Of a stretch of 64,000 nucleotides of DNA, positions 11,256 to 21,100 are shown one piece after another; position 1 is the stretch's first letter, and the number at the start of each line of letters is the position of its first letter. The DNA is from Antechinus flavipes (Eukaryota): contig NC_067400.1 of assembly GCF_016432865.1 (NCBI RefSeq), positions 2,170,001-2,234,000 of the forward strand, in the 5' to 3' direction. A program made the translations under genes and the position numbers. The notes under the pieces were generated by a model that saw only the letters and a program-made list of their open reading frames with translations, made no database searches and had not been told where the DNA came from.

Positions 11256-13529
11256 TTCATCGGCTACTGGCATCTGGCCTGCAGCCCCTGCCCACGGCTT
11301 TGCCCTCTTCCCAGCCGCAGCGCAACTTGCTTCTGTCTAACTTGAAGATTCGCCTATGGGGAGAGGCCCATTGCCCACCCTTGCCCCTCCTTGCCCCTAT
11401 CCACCTGCCTCTGCGCCCCTCCCTTCCTGAGTTTCCGGACCCCGGGGGTAGCCAGGCTGGGTTCGCTGAAAAAGCCTGCCCTCCCCTTCCCGCTCTCCTG
11501 AAAGGCTCTCTCGGGTTTCTGCTTCGGCCCGGCCCTACTCGCCTCCTAAACGTTGGGTCCCAGCGGAGGAATGGAAGCCTCTTAAGGGCAGGAGCTCCTT
11601 GGGGAGGTCTAGAAAGTAGCTAGAAAAGGTTTCCAATTCAGAGCCGGGTCGGGAGCCACTCCTCTGTCCAGCAGCTTCTCCTTCTGAGAGTGGGGGGGCG
11701 GGGGCGGGGGTCAGGGCGTCCTCCCCGCACCAGCCTCTGGGGCTGACTTAGGGTCCTGAGATCAGAACTCCTGAAGGGGGAGGAGCCCAGGGACCTCTCC
11801 CCTCATTCAGCCCTCCCCAGCCTCCCGGCCAGCTCGTCCAGGCTTCCCTTCCTCCGCCCCATCTTCCTCTTGGCTCCAGAGCCCAGTCTCCTCTGCCCAG
11901 AACACGGACCCTGTCCTGCCCTAGAGCCTGAGCAGAGCTGGTGCCCTCCTCTGCCAGCCTTTCCTGCTTCTGCCCCAGCTGCCCTGGGAGCAAAGATGCA
12001 CTAGGAAAAATGACGAAGAAGTCAGTCTTGTGTCCATCTACAGACACTTCTTGAGCCACTCACTGGAGGAAAGGGGGGAAGGATGGGGAAGGGGCCTTGC
12101 TCTGCAGGAGTTACCCCAACCCCATGCCTTCAGAGTCTCCTTACCTTCGGGCCACATCCTGCACACAGTCGGCACTTAATGTTTGTTGAGCTGTAAGGGC
12201 CAGCCCAGACCCTGGGCTTTGGGGAACAGAACAAAAAGAACCCTAAGAGCAGCGGTTCTAGAGCACATCAAGCTTGCAAAGTACTTTACCAACCATGATC
12301 TCTTTTGCCCCTGGGAGTGTGTGCTGCTGTTACTATCCCTATTTTTCACATGAGCAACTCCCGGCAACCTCTGGGTGATCAGCCCAGTGCCACCGGGCGG
12401 AGACAGATGGGAACTCGGGGCTTCTTGGCAGCTCCAGCATTGCCTGTGCTCTAACGCTCCAACATGGAGCCCCATGGGTACACACACAGGAAGCAGCGGG
12501 CCGGGTTCCAGGGAGGCTTTCCAGGGCAAGCCTTCCCGGGAGGGGAGGTTCCCCAAAGCGCGGGACAAGCACCTTTCAGGCATAGGAAGCCGAGGCAAGA
12601 GGCAGGCAGACGAGCTTGGGACACGCTTGGCTGAGGACCGAGTCCGTGGATTGGCTTTTATTTCCGGGGAAGAAGATGGAGGCTGATTCACGGACTCCGG
12701 GCTCCAAACGGGAGATGCTGTATGTCACCATGACTCAGAAGTCTGGGAATTTGGGAGAGATGAGAGGAGCCTTGGACAAAATGGAACAGGGATTGGAGAT
12801 GGAGCTGGGACTACCCAGAAGGCCCGAGAAGGAAGCCCCGGGGTGTGCCATACCCAGGTCCGGGAGGGGCTCCACCCTGGTGCGGCTTGTAGCTCGCCAG
12901 CCACTTTTCGGGCACCCTTTTCCCTGTTTTCAGGGTTGGCCAGGTCAGGGGAAGGACATCCCACTTCCTGCCCAGCGGCACCAGGGCCTTCCAGAGTTAC
13001 AATATTCCCCTCAGTCTCCTACAAAGAAAGTACACCAAGTGTCAAGGTCTGAGGGCAGGAATTTTTATGGATGAGAAAGCTGTGGCTCTGAATGGTGACC
13101 TAGGAAGGACCCAGGCACCCTCCACCCCAGCCCAAGGCCCTCCTCTCCTGCACCCCTGCCACACCCCAGAACAAATGCTGACCCTTAGCACGTGCAGCCC
13201 ATTGGCCCCCCGGACCACAGGCAGGGACCTCAGAGGCCCCCAAACCACCTCTATCCTCTTACCGAGGAGGAAAGTGCAGGGCGCCCGGGGCAGGTGGTAA
13301 GTAAGGGGGCTAGTTTTAATCCCAGGTGCTCTGAGCTTCCAAGGACACGTGCCAGGGCTTGTGCAAAGCATCCCTCTGGCTCTCAGAAGCCCTGGCAGCT
13401 GCTCCCCAGCTGAAGAGGCTCCAGGGGCAGCACTTAGCACAGGCACACAGCAAGCACTTCATAAATGCTCATCGATTCTGACTCTGACCATGCACTGTTA
13501 GCATGACTGACAGACTGACAGCTGGCGCG

Positions 13530-13690
13530 CTCTCTGTCTGTCTCTCTGTCTCTTTTTCTTACTTTCTGTCTGTCTCTTTTTCTTACTTTCTGTCTCTGTC
13601 TCTCTGTCTCTGTTTTTTATTTTCTGTCTCTCTTTGTCTCTTACTCTGTCTCTCTTTTCTTTCTCTTTGTCTGTCTCTCTCAGTCTCTAT
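13530..13690. repeat. (CT/GT)-rich simple repeat
   Basis: TCTCTG/TCTTT low-complexity run. Confidence 0.85.
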
Positions 13691-13959
13691 GTCTATTTCC
13701 AGGTAGATGGATACAGTGATAAAAGGAAAAAGAAAGGAAGAGATTGGCAGATGACAGAGCTGGCTGGCCAGATGTGCGGAGACAGAGAAACTCTCAATGC
13801 CAGATCCCAGCAACGTAGAGAATACAAGAGGCAGAACACAGCTCATATTTTTAGAACAGACGTTTTATTTTCCCCAATTACACGTAGAAACTGATTTTAG
13901 CCTTTGTTTTTTAAAGTTTTGACCCCAAATTCTCCTCACCCGTCCCTCCTCCCTAGGAC

Positions 13960-14510
13960 GGGAGCAACGTGACCCGGGTTCTACGCGTGCTGTCACACCC
14001 AACAGATGTTCTCATTACCCATGTTGTGACAGAAAACAGACCCAAAGGAAAGGAAGCGCGGCCCGCTTCGCTCTGCACTCAGCCCGGCCTCTGGAGGGGC
14101 CCGGAATCCCTCTTCCCCGGAATTGTCTCGGATCCTTGTCGTGCCCGGAGGGGCCGAGTCGGGGCTGCTCCCGACACGCTGTAACTGGTCTCCTGGTTGC
14201 GGCCCCTTCACTTTGGGTAAGTCTCGGCAGCTTTCGCTGACGCTTCTCCGACCCGACGCTGTCAGTCTCCCTCCACGGCCGGTTCATTCCCCGCCGAGGG
14301 GCGTCCCCTCCACTCCCCGTCTGTGCCGCCACAGAAAGAGCCGCTGCGATTGTTTCCGTAGGCGCAGCTCCCGCTCGGTGGCTCCGGGCCACAGGCCGAA
14401 CGGTGCCACGGAGGCTCCCCCAGTTCTGTCTGATGGCCTTTGGCCGTCCCTGCACCTCGCTCCCAGAAGGGTCGGACGACCTCACATCCGCCATCAGTGC
14501 GGGAGCTCAC
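13960..14510 (+). promoter_or_regulatory. Small CpG-rich island; candidate promoter and non-coding first exon of the ACADVL-like gene
   Basis: Local CpG enrichment and a consensus plus-strand donor TGG|GTAAGT at 14217. The downstream start-codon exon has an acceptor and so needs an upstream exon. Confidence 0.4.
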
Positions 14511-14921
14511 ACTCCTCTGAAGACCATAGATTAAAAAAGACGGTGCGAGAGCTGAGGACTGGGGGGGAGGCCTTGCCAGCAAGAAAAAGCCGTTGGAATT
14601 CAGTTCGGGGTCGGAGGAATGGGATCTGGGGCTGAGGAAAATGAGGGGGCGGGGCTTGAACTGAGCATGAGGAGGGGGAGATGACTTCCCGGCGCTAAGG
14701 GACAACCCCCCAAAGACGCTTCCGCAAGCACCTGGGGCATTTGTTCTCCAAGGGCAGAGTCCAAGGCAGAAAGACTGCGGCCTCAGAGAGCCCGAAGGCT
14801 GCTGGTTCCCTCAGCATGAAAGGAGGGAGATTCCCCCACCCCAGGGGCACAGCCCAGAGTCCCAAGGACCTCCAGTGAGGGGCAGCTGGGCCTGCAGAGG
14901 GAGGGGAAGGAGGCCTGAGCA

Positions 14922-16053
14922 GCCTGGAAGGGCTGGAGGGCTGGAGGGGCAGAAGGAGCCTGGAGGGGCTGGAGGGGCTGGAGGGGCTGGAGGGGCTGGA
15001 GGGGCTGGAGGGGCTGGAGGGGCAAGAGGGGCTGGAGGGGCAAGAGGGGCTGGAGGGGCAAGAGGGGCTGGAGGGGCTGTAGAAGCTGGAGGGGCTGGAG
15101 GGGCTGGAGGGGCTGGAGGGGCTGGAGGGGCTGGAGGGGCTGGAGGGGCTGGAGGGACTGGAGGGGCAGGAGGGGCTGGAGGGGCTGGAGGGGCAGGAGG
15201 GGCTGGAGGGGCAGGAGGGGCTGGAGGGGCAGGAGGGGCTGGAGGGGCTGGAGGGGCAGAAGGGGCTGGAGGGGCTGGAGGGGCTGGAGGGGCTGGAGGG
15301 GTTGGAGGAGCTGTAGGGGCTGGAGGGGCTGGAGGAGCCTGGAGGGGCCTGGAGGAGCCTGGAGGGACTGGAGGGGCCTGGAGGAGCCTGGAGGGGCCTG
15401 GAGGAAGCTGGAGGAAGCTGGAGGGGCTGGAGGGGCTGGAGGGGCTGGAGGGGCTGGAAGGGCTGGAGGGGCTGGAGGAACTGGAGGAACTGTAGGGGCT
15501 CGAGGGGCTCGAGGGGCTGGAGGAGCTTGGAGGGGCCTGGAGGGGCCTGGAGGGGCCTGGAGGAAGCTGGAGGAAGCTGGAGGGGCTGGAGGGGCTGGAG
15601 GAGCTGGAGGAACTGTAGGGGCTCGAGGGGCTCGAGGGGCTGGAGGAGCCTGGAGGGGCCTGGAGGAGCCTGGAGGGACTGGAGGGGCCTGAAGGGGCCT
15701 GGAGGAGTCTGGAGGGGCCTGGAGGAAGCTGGAGGGGCCTGGAGGAAGCTGGAGGGGCCTGGAGGAAGCTGGAGGGGCTGGAGGGGCTGGAGGGGCTGGA
15801 AGGGCTGGAGGGGCTGGAGGGGCCTGAAGGGGCTGGAGGAGCCTGAAGGGACCTGGAGGACCCTGGAGGAGCCTGGAGGAGCTGGAGGAGCTGGAAGGGC
15901 TGGAAGGGCTGGAAGGGCTGGAAGGGCTGGAGGGGCTGGAGGGGCTGGAGGGGCTGGAGGAGCTGAAAAAGCTGGAGGGGCTGGAAGGGCTGGAAGGACT
16001 GAAGGGGCTGGAGGGGCTGGAGGAGGCTGGAGGGGCCTGGAGGGGCCTGGAGG
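14922..16053. repeat. 9-bp G-rich minisatellite (GGAGGGGCT)n, ~125 units
   Basis: Direct tandem periodicity; strongly G-skewed on the plus strand. Confidence 0.97.
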
Positions 16054-16202
16054 ATCCCAGGATCCCCAGGGGCTTTTCATGCGGGAACATTTTCTACTTA
16101 TCCCAGAGTTTCTTGAATGGGGAGAGAAGGGACACCCGTCTAACTGGGCAGGGTCTGCAGGGGCCGGGGAGATAGGTTAACTGCTTGGTTCCAAGAGCTC
16201 CC

Positions 16203-16817
16203 TCCGAATGTCTCCAAATCCAAAGGTTCTGTCCTTCAGCCTCTGCCTCTGCTTTCTTCAGCTTCCAGACAGCACAAAGATGGAATGAATCTCTTGTCTC
16301 CTTCACCTGGGGCTTGGCAGCTTTCTGGCGAGTCTTTCAGACCAGCTTGGTCTCAGTCGGGGAAGTGCAGAGCCCGGCCACCACAGTTCTGTGAGATGAA
16401 GATGAATCTGGTTGTGCCTCTGAGAGAGCCTTCTCAATCTCCTGCTCAGCTCTCCATCGTAGCTTCTTCCGCTCAAAACTCTTCTTCCGCCACCAGCCAG
16501 CCAAGTGGAAAATATCCGAATGACTCACTCTTCACTGGCTTATATATGACTCTTCTGAGAGAGCGGGATTATGGGTTTTCTCCCACAGTGCTCTCTGGCC
16601 CTAAGAGCTTCAAGGGAGGTGTGAATTCGGATCTCATACTAAACCCTGAAATTTCCCAAAGGTGTGAACTCCAATGAGTAAAGGTGCAAACACAAGCCTT
16701 GTATCAATTAGTTCTACTTAGTACCTTGTTTCAGGTTCTGCCCAAAACATCTTCTTGTAAGATCAGATCAATAACCTATTAACTCTAATGAGTTAGCAGT
16801 TTGTAAAGATTCCAACA
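16203..16817 (-). mobile_element. LTR-like element, copy 1 (starts TGTTGGAATCTTTACAAAC on the minus strand)
   Basis: Homologous to 30083-30504 and 18603-18823; TG terminus; TATATAA on the minus strand at ~16547-16540. Left boundary uncertain. Confidence 0.7.
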
Positions 16818-17649
16818 CTGGGGGGGGGGAGGGAGGGGGACAGGGGCAGCCCAGGGAGCGGAGTGCCAGGAGAAAAGGTCTCAAGCTCTTCCTTCCCCCT
16901 CCGCTCTGTGACTTTGCCGGAGACCTTGGGCTCCGACCTGCAGCCTGCGGGCATCTGGTTCTCGCTGGGGGTTGCAGATGACCGGAGCCAGCTTCTGTGC
17001 CCAGGGCATTCATGCTGGCCCTGAGCCTGGGAAGCCACCCAGCCGGGAGCTGGCGCTGGGGGAGGAGACCCTGGCACTCCGAGTTCTAAGGCTGAGTGTT
17101 TCTTGGCTGAGAGGCCCCCGGGGCTTAGAGGTGCCCCACGGGCGCAGCCTGAGCAGCTCAGCTGAGCTCCCCCTCCCCCATAACAAGAAGTTTCTGCGCC
17201 CAGCATCTCCCCACCAGGGCGCACCAAGAGGCAAAGCCATGAAAAGCTCCCCCAGTGGCGCTGTGGCTCCCGGGCCCCCTCCAAGTTCTGGGGATGCTTT
17301 AGGCAGCCCCCGGGAGCAAGTGCTGGCCGGGCTGAGGCAGCCTGAAGGAAGGACGCGGACCAAAGCCACGTGGACAGCCACGAGCCCTTCGGGGCCTCTG
17401 GCCTCCCTCCTTCCTCCACTGGGGCCCCCAGAGTCCCTGTTGGCTCCCGCAGTGGCCATCCCACCTTCACGGGTAGCCTCACCTTATGTCACTGAGCGTG
17501 GACTAGCTTCACCTTCAGAGCAGGAGCTGCCAGGGGTCCCCCACGAGGGGTTGGGAGACTCACTCTCCCCGCCGCTTCACTTACCAGGGTTCGGATGCCC
17601 CAAAACCCAGCCATCCCTACCTCAGCAACCTCAAGGTCCTGGCCCAGGA

Positions 17650-17820
17650 AGCACAGGGAGCCCCAGGGAGAACCCCAAGCCTGTGATCTGACCCAGGAAA
17701 CACAGGGAACCCCAAGCCTGAGTCCTGGCGCAGGAAGTATATGGAATGGAGCCCCCAAGCCTGTGTGCTGGTCCAGGAAGTACATGGAGCCCCAGGGAGA
17801 ACCCCAAGCCTGTGACCTCA
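17650..17820. repeat. Degenerate ~40-bp tandem repeat (CAGGGAGAACCCCAAGCCTGTG)
   Basis: Four to five recurrences of CCCCAAGCCTG(T/A)G. Confidence 0.7.
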
Positions 17821-18088
17821 CAATGGCCCGGGGCTGTCTCCCAGCGCCAGTGGGAAAGGAGAAGCTGCCATTCGCCCAGGATTGACCTCCAGGCCAGTGT
17901 TCACTTTCAGAGAAGGTACTTCCCTCTCCCTGGGACCAGATACTTGCCAGCCTGAAATGAGAGCCCCCTCCCTTAGGGGCCCCACAGGATAATGGGGACC
18001 CTTCATTCTGGAGGGCTGGGAGGGGCCCGGCCTGGGCTGAGGCTGGATCCTTTGTTTTGTTGTAGACGCTCTCCGGGTCCCAGAGACG

Positions 18089-18168
18089 ATGGGGAGCACC
18101 CTAGGGAGTCGGGCTACTTTGGCTCTGTGGCGGCGTCTCCTGGCGGAGCCCAGAAATCCTCATCTCAG
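18089..18168 (+). CDS. ACADVL-like: ACADVL-like start-codon exon ([27 protein letters not shown]), presequence-like; exon begins at 18066
   Basis: ACG-ATG-G Kozak context, Arg/Leu/Ser-rich with one acidic residue, phase-2 donor CAG|GTAGAG, acceptor TTTGTTTTGTTGTAG at 18065. Confidence 0.6.
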
Positions 18169-21100
18169 GTAGAGCCGCTTCCTGGGAGCAGCCTGGCCTG
18201 GGGGGTAGATAGTGGTGTCTGGGGGCTCCTCTGCCCTTTGCCCAGTGCTCTCTGGGAGGCCCTGGAGGTCAAGAGGCAGAAGGGTCTGGGACTCCCCCCA
18301 GCTCCAGAGGCAGTCTCAGCCACAGCTCGGGGTGCCCAGGCTTGTGCTGAGCCCGCCCTCCCTTCCTTCTTCCCTTCCTCCCCCATCCGGGGAGTTCTGA
18401 AGAAGGGCCCTCTGCCTTCTGGGAGTCCTGAAGAGGAGCCCTCCCGCCTCCCGGGAGTCCCTCCCTGGAATCCTGGCCTCCAAAGGCGGCCAGATCAGCA
18501 CCAGGGACAGGGGAAGAGGAAGCCTTTGAGCCCAACTTCAGCGGGCTGCCTTGTGGTTCACTGCAACCCTCAATCTTGGGGCCATCCTTCCCCATCTTGT
18601 GCTGTTGGAATCTTTACAAACTGCTAACTCATCAGAGTTGATAGATTATTGATCTGATCTTACAAGAAGATGTTTTGAATGAGTAAAGGTGTGAACACAA
18701 GCATTGTATCATTTAGTTCTACTTAGTACCTTGTTTCAGGTTCTGGCCTAAAACATCTTCTTGTAAGATCAGATCAATAATCTATCAACTCTAATGAGTG
18801 AGCAGTTTGTAAAGATTCCAACATCATGCCGATTACGGAGCTCTCCAACACCAGTGAGCTTCCTTTTATTGGGCCTGGGGTCTTATTTCAGAAACCGGGG
18901 GTTGCCTCCAGAGGGCTAGCCCAGGGCAGCACCTTCCCACTCACTGCCCCGGCCATTTGCTGGCTGATAGCAGGGTCCTTGGAGCCCTGGGCTTGGCTGG
19001 ATTGGCCCTGGTCCCTCCCCAGCCCGGCAGAAGTGAGCCTGGCCCTGCCCCCGAGGGTGCTCCTCACAGCTGGGGGGGAGGGGGTGGGGCCTTTCCTCTG
19101 GCATCTCCACGGGCCGGCCTTCTTCCTGGGATTTGCCTCTTCGGGCTCCTGGGTCCCGAGATCAGGGGAAAACATGGCTTCTGGTCAGATTCCCTCTGAT
19201 GCCCACAAGGAGGGGCCTCAATTTCCCAGGGGGAAATCCCTGGGGCAGCCCCGGAGCCCGTCAGCCAGCCCCGAGTGCTGCTACCTCTGCCACCACCTGC
19301 TGTGCCAGGCAAACCTCGCCGGCTCCCACCGCCTGGTCCCACAGGATGGTGTCCCTTGGGCTTTCAGGCTGCATGGCCTTCGGACCTCTTCCTTCTCAGA
19401 ATGATGTTTTAAAATGCATGAAATAAAATGGAGGATCACAAAGGAAAGCAAAGAAGAATGAAAACAAAAATTCCATTTCCTACCCCAATTCGTGGGCTCT
19501 CCGACCAGAACTGACGCACAGTTTCATGACATGGACCCCAGGATTAGAACTCCCCGATTGAAGGATCTGAGGTCTTTTCAAGGCTCAATTCTGTGATTCT
19601 TTGGCCAGAGTTGGGCCTTTAGTGATGAGAATGGGCTGCTTTTCTCAGTGCAGATATCCAAAAAGTATCTAGGTCCCCATTTGGGGAAGATGGTCCAGTT
19701 TCTTTCTTTTCTTTTTTTAATAGTAGCTTTTTATTTTTCAAAATGTACGCAAAGATAGTTTTCAATATTCATCTTTGCAAAACCGTATTCCAAATTTTTC
19801 TCTTCCCCTTCCCCTACACAGCAAGTAACCCAACATAGATTAAATACATGCAATTCTTCCAAAAATATTTCCACATTTATCGCACTGCTAAAAAAAAATC
19901 AGATCAAAAAGGGAAAAAACAAGAAAAATAAACACAAGGAAATAACAAAAAAAGGTGGAACTACCAGGCTGTAAGCCACACTCAGTTCCCACAGTCCTCT
20001 CTGGGTGCACATGACTCTCTCCATCCCAAATCTGTTGGAATTGGCTTCAATCATCTCGTTGCTGAAAAGATCTGCATCCTTCAGAGTTGATCATCACATG
20101 ATCTTGTTGTTTCTGGATCTTCTCCTGGTTCTACTCACTCAGCATCAGTTCATGCCAGTGGACCAATGGTCTGATTTCTTATGACCCGAGCCGAATGAGA
20201 TGCCCCCTGAGGTCCGTCCGGCTGTGAACGTCCGGGTTCGGGGCGCCGGGGCTGTTGCTCTGGGAAGGACACTGGAGTCTTGTCCCTTGGGAGCGCCCAT
20301 TCCCGCTTCCCCTAAATCGACTTTCGTGCTTTTCTCCCACAGACGACTTTCTCCTTTTCATTCCACAACACACAAGACCGATTTTTCCAAGATGAAGGTG
20401 AGTTTGCAGCCCTCTGCTGTGGAACCAGTGAGTCTGTGTTGATAATCCCATCTTCCATGTGGAGGTTGAGTTGGGCTCCATTTAAAAGGGGCTTGCTCCA
20501 GACCACACGGCCAACGGGGGTCAGGGACGGCTCGGCCCCCCCCCCCCATCTCCTAGGCTGGTCCTCTAGCCAACAGGCCACGCGGCTTCGGGGTGCCAGC
20601 TCCGACTGGTACCTTGGAGGCAAGGGCGCTCCCGGAAACTTCCTAATGAACACTGAAATGTCTAAGGAAGAACACAGGGGAGGGGGTGGAAGGAAGACAG
20701 CAGGCAAGGGAATGAACTCCTTGAGAAAGGAAGGACAATGACCCGGGGCTGGGGAGTGGGGGGTCCCGCTGAGTGATTGACAGATGCTTCTCTAGCTTCT
20801 TGAGCTGGGAGCAAGGTGAGGAGCCTGCAGCCCCGGCCCCTTTCTTGCTGGGATCCCTAAGTGATGGTGTTCCAAGGGAACCTTCAGAAAGATGGAGCAC
20901 CATGAGGCTTGGCTTGGAAGTCTCCTGGGTGGGACCCCCCTTAGCCCTGGGGTCTCTGTTAACTCAGGAGTCACTGAAAGCAGGACAGAGTGAGTCACCA
21001 GGGGCTTGCCGAAGTTCTCTGGCCTCCCTTGTTCCACTTGGGCAATCTCTGCTGCCCCCCCCCAATAACTAAGGGGTCAAGCCCAGGGCTTCCTGACCTG

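Noticed and set aside
12660-12740. STAT6-like TTCCGGGGAA plus AP-1 TGACTCA as an enhancer
   Set aside because: Short motifs expected by chance, with no independent support.
14695-16180. Collagen-, elastin- or silk-like ORFs up to 461 aa
   Set aside because: Translations of the 9-bp GGAGGGGCT array, with no splice or domain support.
16972-17691. 239-aa ORF upstream of the VLCAD-like start exon
   Set aside because: Low-complexity GC-rich translation with no recognisable domain or splice support.
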